The position numbers and the translations under genes were made by a program. From Gemmatimonas sp. (GTDB lineage Bacteria > Gemmatimonadota > Gemmatimonadetes > Gemmatimonadales > Gemmatimonadaceae), in NCBI GenBank assembly GCA_965279375.1, contig OZ257156.1, positions 3,232,001 to 3,296,000 on the forward strand: 64,000 bases of DNA, read 5' to 3'. The notes beneath the pieces were generated by a model, which saw only the letters and a program-made list of their open reading frames with translations, had not been told where the DNA came from and did no database searches. This document shows, in pieces, positions 9,320-19,071 of the stretch (within the stretch, counting starts at the first letter, position 1; every line of letters starts with the position of its first letter).

Positions 9320-12115
9320 TCACCGCTTGAGCTTTGCCCGCAGTTCGTCGAAGAAGTGCTGCACCACCACGAGTGTTGGCGTCCCTGCCATGTCTTCCCA
9401 CTTGTTGTCTTGCACCATGAGGAATCGCCGATCGTCCGGACTGATCGCAAACGTACCCCCAAGCGGTGATCCCGCGCGGATTCTCTCGGGTATCGCGAAC
9501 AGGGCACGCGGTGGTTCAGCCGAAAAGGGCGGACCGGGATTGATGCGCACCATCTGCATCTTTCCGTTGGCGACGTAGAACAACTCGCGCCCGTTACGCG
9601 CCCAGAGCGGTGCACTGCCACCGCCGCTCGAGACTTGCCACTTGCCGCCGTTCACATCCGGAAATGGGCGCACGAACACCTCGTTTGTGCCCTGCTCGTT
9701 CGACACATAGGCGATCCAGCGGGAATCGGGCGACACCGCCGCCCCCGTCGCCTCGGATCCCGTCGCCACAAGTCTACGTGCCGCGCTGTCCGCTCCCGGG
9801 CGCGCCACGAGAATTTCTGTCGACGTCGAAGGCCGGGTCGACCCGGTCGCGCCGAGTACGAGCCACCGGCTGTCCGGACTCCGGAACGCGTCGCTCGGAA
9901 CATCCTTGTCCCAAACGAGCGCAGGTTCGCTCGTGCCGTCCGCCACCTGCTCCCACACATGGAACGGGTTCACGTTCGAGACCGCATCGGTTGCGAGTGG
10001 CCGGTCAGAGAGAAACGTGACGGCACGCCCGTCTGGTGTCCACGCTGGCGAGCGATCCGCACCGGCGTGCTGCGTGAGCCTCGTCGCAGGACCCGCCGGC
10101 AACTGCTTGATCCATATATCCGTGCCAAGATCAGTGAGCAGCGTGAGCGCAATGCGCCGTCCATCGGGCGACAGTGCGAGTCCCCACTCCACCTCCTCTA
10201 ACCCGCGGTAGCCGCCGCCCGTATTCACCTGCCACGTGGAGTCCACCGGCTCGACGCTCCCAGTTCGGTCCACCCAAACGACAGTCGCATTGGGCACGGG
10301 GCCCGGCGCAAATTCCGAGCGTCCCAGCAGGTAGTACGCGGTCCCTTCGTGCGAGATCACGAAGCCCGGCGCCTGAATCCCGTCCAGCACTGCCACGGGT
10401 TTGCCGGTCGTCGCAAGCGCAGCGTTATCCCAGGGCGCGGCCATGAGCGTGCCACCGCTCGTCAGGTACAGCACGTGTCCTGTGGGAACGTGCCACGCTC
10501 CGATGGCATCCTCGAAGAGCGCGCGGATGGTATCCCGTCCCGCGTCATACACATACACTCGACTCGGCCGACAGCTGACCGGTCCGACGCACTCCGTGCG
10601 ATGCGCGGTGAAGAGCACACCACGCGAGGCAGGAAGCGGTGATGGTAACCACGGGAACCGCCCCTCAAGCATCTCGCGTGACACGATCACTTTCGAGGTG
10701 GCCTCTCCGGACCGAAGGCGCTTGAGCGTGCGCGTTGTCGCGTCGTAATAGACAATCGAACCGTCTTCGAGCCACGCGCCGCGGTTGTAGGTGGAGTCGA
10801 CGGAGTCCTCGAGCTTGAGGGATGCACCGCCCGTGCTCGGGATTCGGCGCAGTTGCCCGCTGGCGATGAATCCGATCCATGCACCATCGGGAGAGAAGAA
10901 CGGTCCCGAGCCTCCTTCCGTGCCGGCGAGCGGCCGCGCCACGACTTCGTCGCGACGCTTGATGTACAGTTGGCCGGGCCCCGTGAGCGGTCTGCGGAAG
11001 ACCAAGGACGATCCATCGGGTGAGATCGCCGCCTCGACTCCGAATGTGATTCCGTCGAGGGCACCGGGCGCGCCGAGCGATGTCGGATAGCGCGCGACAG
11101 ACGTCGTTTCACTTGTGCGAGTCGAATCGTTGGTGGCCAGCACGAAGCCCAGCGCCGAAAGGCTCAGCACCGTCACGGCTAGCAAGGCGGGCAGCGCGAA
11201 CCGTCGAGATGCCAGAGCATTGCCGCCGACAGTAGCCGTCGTCGCCAGGGGCGACGTGAACGCCGGATTGTGAAGCGCGTCGGCAAAGGCCTTTGCGCTC
11301 TCGAAGCGGTCTGCCGGGAATTTCTCCAACGACGTTGCGACGGCTGCCGCGACGTTGGGCGGGACGGCCTTGCGAAGCTCTCTGACCGGACGGGCCACAT
11401 CCGACACGATCTTCAGAATGATCGCCTGCGCCGATGGGCCTGTATGCGGAGGTTCACCCGTCAGCAATTCATATAGCACGGAGCCGAGCGAGTAGATGTC
11501 CGAGCGATTGCTGATGTGCTTGTCGGCGGTCGCTTGCTCAGGAGACATGTAGTGCGGCGTTCCCAGCGACAAGCCCGTCTCGGTCATGCGGCCACCGGCC
11601 GCCGCGCTCACCGCCAGAGCAATACCGAAGTCCGCCACGAACGCGCGACCTTCTCGAAGGAGAATGTTCTCGGGCTTGATATCCCGGTGAATGACACCCT
11701 GCTCATGTGCGTGCTGCAAAGCGTCCGCGACATCGGTGGCAATCCTCACCGCCTCGTCGACGCTCATCTGCTGCTCGCGATCGAGCTTCGCCCTGAGCGT
11801 TTCACCTTCGATGTACGGCATGACGTAGTACAGGAGCCCAGTGCCACCGCCGTGCACCGCTGCCGTACTGCCACTGTCGTACAACGGCAGAATGTGCGGG
11901 TGCTGGAGTCGAGCGGTGGTCTTGATCTCCTGCAGGAACCGGTCGGCGCCGAGCACGACCCCGAGCTCGGGGCGCAGCACCTTCAGCGCGACGTTTCGGT
12001 CATGCTTCACATCGTGCGCGAGGTAGACGGTCGCCATGCCGCCTTCGCCGAGTTGACGCTCGATGCGGTAACGGTCGGCGAGGGCAGCGGAGAGCAGCTC
12101 GCGGATTTCATCCAT
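9320..12115 (-). CDS. Hanks-type Ser/Thr protein kinase with TM helix and TolB/PD40-like beta-propeller
   Basis: GEGGMATVY, ALK, HRDIKPEN, DFG and YMSPE; a TM segment; repeated SPDG-type propeller blades. Confidence 0.92.
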   Translation of the reverse strand: MDEIRELLSAALADRYRIERQLGEGGMATVYLAHDVKHDRNVALKVLRPELGVVLGADRFLQEIKTTARLQHPHILPLYDSGSTAAVHGGGTGLLYYVMPYIEGETLRAKLDREQQMSVDEAVRIATDVADALQHAHEQGVIHRDIKPENILLREGRAFVADFGIALAVSAAAGGRMTETGLSLGTPHYMSPEQATADKHISNRSDIYSLGSVLYELLTGEPPHTGPSAQAIILKIVSDVARPVRELRKAVPPNVAAAVATSLEKFPADRFESAKAFADALHNPAFTSPLATTATVGGNALASRRFALPALLAVTVLSLSALGFVLATNDSTRTSETTSVARYPTSLGAPGALDGITFGVEAAISPDGSSLVFRRPLTGPGQLYIKRRDEVVARPLAGTEGGSGPFFSPDGAWIGFIASGQLRRIPSTGGASLKLEDSVDSTYNRGAWLEDGSIVYYDATTRTLKRLRSGEATSKVIVSREMLEGRFPWLPSPLPASRGVLFTAHRTECVGPVSCRPSRVYVYDAGRDTIRALFEDAIGAWHVPTGHVLYLTSGGTLMAAPWDNAALATTGKPVAVLDGIQAPGFVISHEGTAYYLLGRSEFAPGPVPNATVVWVDRTGSVEPVDSTWQVNTGGGYRGLEEVEWGLALSPDGRRIALTLLTDLGTDIWIKQLPAGPATRLTQHAGADRSPAWTPDGRAVTFLSDRPLATDAVSNVNPFHVWEQVADGTSEPALVWDKDVPSDAFRSPDSRWLVLGATGSTRPSTSTEILVARPGADSAARRLVATGSEATGAAVSPDSRWIAYVSNEQGTNEVFVRPFPDVNGGKWQVSSGGGSAPLWARNGRELFYVANGKMQMVRINPGPPFSAEPPRALFAIPERIRAGSPLGGTFAISPDDRRFLMVQDNKWEDMAGTPTLVVVQHFFDELRAKLKR

Positions 12116-12202
12116 GCGCGTCGCCTAGCGGATGTGAAATGAGGCTTCGGAAGTCGCGTTTCGGTCCAATGCGCGCTGCATCTCGCGCTGCAACTCGCGC
12201 TG

Positions 12203-13501
12203 CTAGTCGTCCGCCATTGTCTGCGCATGCCGCGTTTCCGGCATCGTCACGTATACGGCAAGCGAGGCAACGATGCACGCGGTGACGTACCAGTAGAACC
12301 ACGACTCGTGGCCCATGTTCTTGAACCAGAGCGCGAGATACTCTGCCGTGCCACCAAAGACCGAGACCGCGATCGCGTACGGAAAGGCGACGCCGAGTGC
12401 GCGGATGTTGGCGGGGAAGAGTTCGGCCTTGACCACCGCGTTGATCGCGGTGTAGCCGCTGATCACGAGGAGTGCGAGCGTGAGCAGGAGCATTGCGCTG
12501 GTGACCGTCGCGACGTGCGACAGCGAGGAGAGCAGGGGGAGCGTTCCCAGCGAGCCGATGACGCCAAAGGCGGTGAGTACCGGTCGACGGCCGATTCGAT
12601 CGGAGATGGCGCCGACGATCGGCTGGGCGCACATGAAGATCGCGAGTGAACCAGCGGACGCGAGGGTTGCGTCGTTCTTGCTGAGTCCCGCGGTGTTGAC
12701 GAGGAACTTCTGCGCGTACGTGGTGAATGTGTAGAACGCGACGGTGCCACCGGCGGTGAGTCCGACGACTGTTGCAACGCTTCGCGGATGTGCGAGGAGT
12801 CCTCGCAGCGTCGAGGCAGGAGTCACGGACGTGGCGGGGCTGGAGACGCGCTGGAATGCGGCGGTCTCTTCCAGTCCACGTCGGAGCGAAATCGCGACCA
12901 GCGCGCACGCGGCGCCGATGATGAAGGGGATGCGCCATCCCCACGATTCGAGCTGCGGTGTATCGAGGACGCGCTGCAGCACGAGGAGCACACCGAGTGC
13001 GAGCAATTGTCCCATGATCAGTGTGACGTACTGGAAGCTGGACCAGAATCCACGATGCTTCTGCCCCGCCATTTCGCTGAGATACGTCGCGCTGGCACCA
13101 TACTCCCCACCGACGCTGACGCCCTGCATCATGCGCGCCACCACGAGCAGGACTGGCGCGGCCACACCGATCGACGCGTACGACGGGGTGATGGCGATGA
13201 GCAGTGAGCCGGCGCACATCAGCAGCACCGACGCGGTGAGAGCCGTGCGTCGGCCGTGACGATCAGCGTACCGCCCCATGAGCCAGCCACCGACGGGGCG
13301 CATGAGAAATCCAACCGCGAAGACTGCGGCCGCGTTGAGCAGCTGCGCCGTCTGGCTGGCCGGCGGGAAGAACGATTTGGCGAAATAGAGCGAGAAGGCG
13401 GAGTAGACGTACCAGTCGTACCACTCGACGAGGTTGCCGACCGACCCGCCGATGATGGACCGGAGTCGATGGGATGCAGACGGCGGTGTCGCAGTGGCCA
13501 T
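12203..13501 (-). CDS. MFS metabolite:H+ symporter, alpha-ketoglutarate permease KgtP-like
   Basis: GNLVEWYDWYVY, GFLMRPVGG, ADRHGRR, QGVSVGGEYG and KAELFP. Start trimmed to ATG 13501 (MATATPP). Confidence 0.88.
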   Translation of the reverse strand: MATATPPSASHRLRSIIGGSVGNLVEWYDWYVYSAFSLYFAKSFFPPASQTAQLLNAAAVFAVGFLMRPVGGWLMGRYADRHGRRTALTASVLLMCAGSLLIAITPSYASIGVAAPVLLVVARMMQGVSVGGEYGASATYLSEMAGQKHRGFWSSFQYVTLIMGQLLALGVLLVLQRVLDTPQLESWGWRIPFIIGAACALVAISLRRGLEETAAFQRVSSPATSVTPASTLRGLLAHPRSVATVVGLTAGGTVAFYTFTTYAQKFLVNTAGLSKNDATLASAGSLAIFMCAQPIVGAISDRIGRRPVLTAFGVIGSLGTLPLLSSLSHVATVTSAMLLLTLALLVISGYTAINAVVKAELFPANIRALGVAFPYAIAVSVFGGTAEYLALWFKNMGHESWFYWYVTACIVASLAVYVTMPETRHAQTMADD

Positions 13502-13622
13502 GTCGATGATGGAGGTGGGACGCGCGGTAACTGCCGTGGCGCTGGTTGCAACGCTAGCATTCACATCTGCTTCACGTCGTGGCGATGCCTGCCACGCACA
13601 TCCCCCCGGAGAACTCCCGCTG

Positions 13623-14099
13623 GTGCTTCGTTTTATCGCGGCGTTCAAGTTCAGTCAAGCAATTACACTGATCGGCGTGGCGCTGGCCGCGTTTCAGCTC
13701 CTGCGTCCAGAAATCGCGAGGCTGGTGCAGAACTGGGTCGACACGTTGCCGATCGCGAGCGAGCAGACGGCCGTCGAGCATTTCGTCGGGTGGACGATGG
13801 GACTCGCGCCGCACCAGGTGATGGGGATCGGCTTTGGCGCGCTGCTGTACGCGCTGCTCTTCCTGGTCGAAGGGATCGGGCTCTGGCGGAAGAAGGCGTG
13901 GGCGGAGTGGCTGACCGTGATTGCCACAGGACTCCCGATCCCGTTGGAGATCTGGGAGGTGACGCGCCACGTCTCGCCGCTCGGCGTCGCCGCCCTCGTG
14001 GCCAACGTGGCGGTGGTTTGGCTGCTCATGCGACATCTCCGCCAGAAGCAAGCGCGAAAGCCGGCGGAGGCGCACACCGGTACGGCTCAGGTCCGATAG
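13623..14099 (+). CDS. DUF2127-like small membrane protein
   Basis: LRFIAAFK at the N-terminus; YALLFLVEGIGLW...WAEWLTV...IPLEIWE. GTG 13623 with GGAG upstream preferred, because the longer ORF overlaps the divergent MFS gene. Confidence 0.75.
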   Translation: MLRFIAAFKFSQAITLIGVALAAFQLLRPEIARLVQNWVDTLPIASEQTAVEHFVGWTMGLAPHQVMGIGFGALLYALLFLVEGIGLWRKKAWAEWLTVIATGLPIPLEIWEVTRHVSPLGVAALVANVAVVWLLMRHLRQKQARKPAEAHTGTAQVR

Positions 14100-15358
14100 C
14101 GCGCGATCATTCGTTGCAGTCGGTGTACCGCTTCGGTCACGGCCGTCTCCGTTGGCCCAAAGGAGAATCGGAGATACTGGCGGAATCGTGAGGTGTGATC
14201 GGCGCGACGCTTGCCGGGATTGATGTCGAAGAAGATGCCCGGGACCGTGATGACGTGTTCCGCCAGCGCGGCCTCGAAGAATGCTTCGCCATCGTTGAGC
14301 GGCGCGGGGAGCGACGACACACTGGCCCACACGTAGAAGCCTCCTTCCGGCTCTTGCTCCACGGTCAGTCCGGCCGCGCGCAGTCCGTCAGACAGAATGC
14401 GACGCTTGCGCAAGAACGCGTCGTGAATGGACACGACTTCCTGACGCGCGCGTTCCGGGTCGAGCAGCGCTGCGGCCGCCTCCTGCAACGGACGGTTACC
14501 ACCGCCGTCGAGAAAGCTGCCCGCGCTGGTGACGGCCTCGATCATAGACGCGGGGCCAACAATCCAGCTCAGCCGCCAGCCGGGGCAGCGCCAACCCTTG
14601 GTGAGTCCGTCGAGAATGACAACGGGATCGCTGTTCACGTCGTCAACATGCGCTGCCGCCGAGACGGTCACGTTGGCCTGCAGGTCCTGGCGCCAGATGT
14701 AGTGCGAGTAGAACTCGTCGAGGATGAGCGAGCAACGCAGGTCGCGCGCTTCACGCACCCAGCCCGCCAGCGCACTGCCTTCGAGCAAACGCCCCGTCGG
14801 ATTGGACGGATTGGAGAGCAGGAGCGCGCCGAGTCCTCGTCCGGTCACTTCGCGGCGCAGCTCCGCCGTGGAGAGGGCATAGCCCGAGCCCGGTTCAAGG
14901 AGAATGGGAATGGCGGAGAAGGTGCCGAAGATCTCGAGCAGCTCTTCGTACGCGGTATAGTCGGGGAGGACGTGGCCGAGGTTGATGTTGCCCAGCGAGG
15001 CGACGACACGAGTCAGTGACGCGCGACCACCGCCACAGATGCACACGTTCTCTGGACCGTACTGCGACTCGCGTCCTTGCCGGTACCGCGCGTTGTAGAG
15101 ATTCGCGACGGCGCGACGGAGCGCGTCGATGCCACCGACGGGTGCATACTCGTAGTCGTCAGCGTTGATGTGCACGTCCGCCGGCCGCGCGGGGCCCCCG
15201 GGGAGCGGTCCCGTCTCCGGTTGCCCTTGCCCGAGATTGCACCATGCCTGCCCGTCGGAGCCGTAGCCAAGTTCTTTGGCGCGGTCCATGACGTAGATGA
15301 CGCCCGTGCGTGGCACGGAACGAAACGCGGGAACGGCCGGACGATCCAATTCAGACAT
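14087..15358 (-). CDS. PLP-dependent class I/II aminotransferase
   Basis: NLGQGQPE, SNPSNPTG, LDEFYSHY, the PLP-lysine motif GLTKGWRCPGWR, and LRFSF. Confidence 0.9.
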   Translation of the reverse strand: MSELDRPAVPAFRSVPRTGVIYVMDRAKELGYGSDGQAWCNLGQGQPETGPLPGGPARPADVHINADDYEYAPVGGIDALRRAVANLYNARYRQGRESQYGPENVCICGGGRASLTRVVASLGNINLGHVLPDYTAYEELLEIFGTFSAIPILLEPGSGYALSTAELRREVTGRGLGALLLSNPSNPTGRLLEGSALAGWVREARDLRCSLILDEFYSHYIWRQDLQANVTVSAAAHVDDVNSDPVVILDGLTKGWRCPGWRLSWIVGPASMIEAVTSAGSFLDGGGNRPLQEAAAALLDPERARQEVVSIHDAFLRKRRILSDGLRAAGLTVEQEPEGGFYVWASVSSLPAPLNDGEAFFEAALAEHVITVPGIFFDINPGKRRADHTSRFRQYLRFSFGPTETAVTEAVHRLQRMIARYRT

Positions 15359-15391
15359 GATGTGCGGACAAGAAGTTCAAGCGGAGAGCAG

Positions 15392-16501
15392 TCAGGGAAC
15401 GATGAGTGCCTTGACGACGTCGCGGTTGGCGACGGCGGCCAACGCCTCGTTGGCCTGCGATAACGAGTAGCGCGCGGAGACGGCCTCGAGCCAAGGCAGT
15501 GCAGCGCCCTGATGCGCGAGCAGCTGCAACGCGCGATGGAAGTGCGAGTAGTCGCATCCCCAGCAGCCGCGGATCTCGGCGTGTTTGCGATTGATCTGGA
15601 GATGCGGATTGATGCTGATGTCGCCGCCGTTGGTATACTGGCCCGCGACGACGACCACCCCGCCGTCACGCACCATCTCGAGCGATTGCGACACCGCGTC
15701 AGGCGCGCCGGCCACCTCAATGACGACATCCACACCGCGTCCGCCATTGGCCGCGCGCACCGCATCGGCGCGTTCGGCAGGCGGCAGATCGAGCGGCACG
15801 ACATGCGTCGCACCCATGCGCTTGGCGAAGTCGAGTCGCGCGTTCGGCGCGCCCACGGCGATGACGGGATACGCACCGGACAGTGAGGCGAGGGCAATCG
15901 CGGCTTGCCCAACCGGTCCGACGCCCAACACGGCCACCGAGCTGCCCAGGCGCACGCCTCCACGTTCTACGGCGTGCATCGCCGTCACGAGCCCGCAGCC
16001 CCCCGCGATGAAGCGCGCCGGATCGACGCCATCGGGGATGCGCAGGATCTTCACGCCGGGCTTCATCCAGATGTGGTCTGCCCACCCGCCCAGCGGCCCA
16101 TCATTCACACCATACGTGATGCCGTAGACCTTGCGATGCGGGCATCGCGTGGACTGGCGCGTGACCAGACATTCGTAACACGCGCCGCACGTCTCATGCA
16201 CATCGAGAAAGGTGACCAGATCCCCTTCGCGAAACGGCACGCCGTCGATGTCGCGCACCGTGCCGTGGATGGCCGTCAGGTGTCCGACTGATACGTGTCC
16301 GGGCACGATGGGGTAGGGCACGCCCGACAATCGCCCGTGATGCAGATGCACGTCCGTTCCGCACACCTCCGAATACAGCGTGCGCAGCATCGCGCTGCCG
16401 GGCGTCAGCGTCGGCCACGGCAGCTCTTCCACGACGATGGGCGCGTGTGGTGCGCGCATGACCGCGGCACGCACTACAGATGCGGAGCTTGCGGCCGTCA
16501 T
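15392..16501 (-). CDS. Zn-dependent medium-chain alcohol dehydrogenase (MDR)
   Basis: CGTDVH, structural-Zn CGACYEC...C, Rossmann GVGPVG; GHV in place of the canonical GHE. Confidence 0.88.
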   Translation of the reverse strand: MTAASSASVVRAAVMRAPHAPIVVEELPWPTLTPGSAMLRTLYSEVCGTDVHLHHGRLSGVPYPIVPGHVSVGHLTAIHGTVRDIDGVPFREGDLVTFLDVHETCGACYECLVTRQSTRCPHRKVYGITYGVNDGPLGGWADHIWMKPGVKILRIPDGVDPARFIAGGCGLVTAMHAVERGGVRLGSSVAVLGVGPVGQAAIALASLSGAYPVIAVGAPNARLDFAKRMGATHVVPLDLPPAERADAVRAANGGRGVDVVIEVAGAPDAVSQSLEMVRDGGVVVVAGQYTNGGDISINPHLQINRKHAEIRGCWGCDYSHFHRALQLLAHQGAALPWLEAVSARYSLSQANEALAAVANRDVVKALIVP

Positions 16502-17133
16502 GACGTCTCCGGGTGATGCGAGACCGAGACGCTGCTCAGGAGCGCGCGGCCAGTGATGCGAACGATCGACACAGGTTGTCCGAGGGCGGGGACTTGATTG
16601 GGAAGGCGCTCGCCGCGCGGCGCACGCAGATACTCGACCGAGCCCAGAACGGCCCGCGCAGAGTTCTCGACGACGACGTGCGACGGGAGCAGGATTTCGA
16701 CGTTGCCGAACGTCGCGTGAATCGAAATTTCGGTCACGCCGTCGGCGAAGTCCGCATCGCGCAGGTCCAGCTCGACGTTGCCCAAGCGCGCGGTGATCTC
16801 GAGCAGCGGAGGTACCGCGGTAAAGCCGGCACGTTCGACGTTGCTGAGAAAGGAGCTGATCTTGAGGCTGTTCGTGGTGCTCGAGTCGCTGCCGCTCCGA
16901 CCGACGCCGCGCGCATCCGACGCCATGGCCGGCAGATCGCGGGTGAGCAGCGCCAGGTCGTCTCGGGTGGAGGCGCGGTACACCGCATCGAGCCGCTGCT
17001 CGAACTCGTCCATCGGCAGCACATCGCGTGCGTACGCATCGGAGAGATGGGCGATCGCACGCTCCCGCTCATCGCCCGCGAGTCGCAGAGCTGGTGAGAG
17101 ACTGGGCTTGTCGCCGCGCGGATCAGCAGCCAT
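16498..17133 (-). CDS. DUF1707 domain protein with C-terminal LiaF/DUF2154-like (toastrack) beta domain
   Basis: LRLAGDERERAIAHLSDAYA...EFEQRLDAV...DLP (DUF1707), then GNVELDLRDA...GNVEILLP repeats. 4-nt overlap with the ADH start. Confidence 0.8.
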   Translation of the reverse strand: MAADPRGDKPSLSPALRLAGDERERAIAHLSDAYARDVLPMDEFEQRLDAVYRASTRDDLALLTRDLPAMASDARGVGRSGSDSSTTNSLKISSFLSNVERAGFTAVPPLLEITARLGNVELDLRDADFADGVTEISIHATFGNVEILLPSHVVVENSARAVLGSVEYLRAPRGERLPNQVPALGQPVSIVRITGRALLSSVSVSHHPETS

Positions 17134-17264
17134 GACCGGGGTATGAGGGCACATTGCAAAGTACCGCTCGCCACCGCCGCTCGACAGCGTTGCTCGACCA
17201 TACACCAGCGAACGCACGGCCTACTATTCGGGACCGATCGTCGCGCCTTCCTCTCCCCTCGCAT

Positions 17265-18083
17265 ATGCGCATCGACACTCGACGCTCGCTCGCCACAGGC
17301 CTGACTGCTGCATTCCTGGTGCTCACGGGCAGCGGTACCGTCCTCGCGCAGAGTGCAAGCGGGGGCGTGCGGCACTATCGAATCGACAGCAAGACCGAGC
17401 AGCTGGTGGATGCCGCGGCGATCGGCGCCGGAAAGCAGCAGGCGCTACTCGATCGGTCCGCGTTTCTCCGCGTGACGCTGGCCGATTCGGGAGCCGCGTC
17501 GACCATGCGCGTCGTCATCGATTCGCTTGTGGAGCGCGGCCCCAATTTGCCGCCGGGCATCGCGGCCACGGTGGACAGCGCCCGAGGCAAGGTCTTCACG
17601 GCGGCGCTCGACAAGGCCGGAAGCGTGACCCAACTCGCATATCCGAGTGCCGGCGGCACGTTGGCCACGGCGCTGGGCGGGCAGCTTGAGGTGTTCCTGC
17701 CGACCCTCAAGGCTGGCTTCGCGACGGGTGATACATGGACCATTCGCAGCGAACGGCCACAGACGATCACCAATGGACGCCTGACGGTGAAGCGCAGCAC
17801 GTCGTATACCGCCAAGGGTGAAGCGCTTCGGAATGGGGCCCCCGCACGGCGGCTCGACTTCACCTTCACGACGTCGGTGACCGGGACGCAGCAGCTCGGT
17901 GCGGCCTCCGCGCAGGTGGAGGGGACGTCCGTGGGCACTGGCACCGCGTTCGTTTCGCGCGCGGGCGTGTACCTCGGAGGCACGCGCACGGAAAAGGTCG
18001 AGCGCAGATTGCAACTCGATGGAGCGCCCGCGCCGGTGGTGGTGACCGCACAGAGCACCACCTCCATCACGCTGGTCAAGTAG
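17265..18083 (+). CDS. Secreted hypothetical beta-rich protein
   Basis: Signal peptide (TRRSL...VLAQ), alternating beta-strand pattern, coding-like codon use. Confidence 0.7.
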   Translation: MRIDTRRSLATGLTAAFLVLTGSGTVLAQSASGGVRHYRIDSKTEQLVDAAAIGAGKQQALLDRSAFLRVTLADSGAASTMRVVIDSLVERGPNLPPGIAATVDSARGKVFTAALDKAGSVTQLAYPSAGGTLATALGGQLEVFLPTLKAGFATGDTWTIRSERPQTITNGRLTVKRSTSYTAKGEALRNGAPARRLDFTFTTSVTGTQQLGAASAQVEGTSVGTGTAFVSRAGVYLGGTRTEKVERRLQLDGAPAPVVVTAQSTTSITLVK

Positions 18084-18148
18084 TGCCGCAGGTGCCCGCG
18101 CGAATGCGCTGAGCCCGCCGCGATCAAATTGAGTTGTGCCGGGGAGAA

Positions 18149-18172
18149 ATCCGGCGTGCGGTGAGCGTCGTA
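18149..18172 (+). promoter_or_regulatory. Possible ECF sigma promoter (ATCC-N16-CGTA) upstream of the DUF4331 operon
   Basis: aaATCC at 18149-52, 16-nt spacer, CGTA at 18169-72. Resembles SigK/RpoT-type ECF promoters as I recall them; speculative. Confidence 0.25.
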
Positions 18173-18271
18173 GCTGGGGTGTTCGACCAAGCTCGGTTGA
18201 TCTGGGCCCGTCAATTGCGATAGGCGGGTGCGACCGAGTTCACGATACGTCCCCGTTCACCGGAGTCATCC

Positions 18272-18994
18272 ATGCCCCGTTCGTTTGTCACCAGGCGCCT
18301 GCTGCGCAATGCCGCATTTGTCGTCGCCAGCGTTACCGCGCTCACCGTCGCGCAGCGCGTCTACGCGTCCGATCACCAGGACACGCCCGAAGTCGAGCTG
18401 AATCCGCGTACGGACATCAACGATGTCTATGCGTTCCCGGGCTCCAGCGCCGATCGCATCGCGCTCGTACTGACGACGTCGAGCCCCATCGCGGGCACGT
18501 CGGCGTCGTTCGACCCGAATCTTCTGTATCAGCTGAAGATCGACAACACGGGCGACGCCGTCGAAGATCGCGTCATTCAGATCACCTTCGACGACGGTGT
18601 GGGTTCCGCGCAGAAGTACACCGTGCGCGGCCCGGTCGTACCCTCGATGACCGGCACCAAGACGGCGCTCGTCACGACGGGCGATGTGGTCACGGGCAAT
18701 GTCGGTAGCACGGCAGGTTCCGCCACCGCCACGCAGGTGTTCGCCGGGTTGCGCGCCGATCCGTTCGTGATCGATCTCGAACAGTTCTTCAACATCATCC
18801 CGGACCGTCGCCCGTCCACCGGGCCGCTCTCCGTACAGAATGGTGCGCCCGCCGGAGCGTTCCGCACGCCTGGCGTGGACTTCCTGAAGCCGTTCAATGC
18901 GCTCGCGATCGTCATCGAACTTCCCAAGGCGCTGCTGCAGTCCGCCACCGCTGCTGACGCGAAGTTCGGCGTCTGGGGCACGATCAGCCGCTAG
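18272..18994 (+). CDS. DUF4331 family protein, N-terminal half, exported
   Basis: Signal with TRRLL, then SDHQDTP...RTDINDVYAF, YQLKIDNTGDAVED, VFAGLRADPF, NALAIVIELP; ends with GVWGTISR. Confidence 0.85.
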   Translation: MPRSFVTRRLLRNAAFVVASVTALTVAQRVYASDHQDTPEVELNPRTDINDVYAFPGSSADRIALVLTTSSPIAGTSASFDPNLLYQLKIDNTGDAVEDRVIQITFDDGVGSAQKYTVRGPVVPSMTGTKTALVTTGDVVTGNVGSTAGSATATQVFAGLRADPFVIDLEQFFNIIPDRRPSTGPLSVQNGAPAGAFRTPGVDFLKPFNALAIVIELPKALLQSATAADAKFGVWGTISR

Positions 18995-19071
18995 TTCGTC
19001 GCTGAGTCGCGCCGCATCACCGCAACTGCGCTGCATCTACTACGCCCTTTCACATACTCGGAGCTCTATCC

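Noticed and set aside
13585..13625. Possible frameshift in the C6 run joining ATG 13585 to the DUF2127 frame
   Set aside because: An in-frame GTG at 13623 with a GGAG SD gives a complete-looking protein, so no frameshift is needed.
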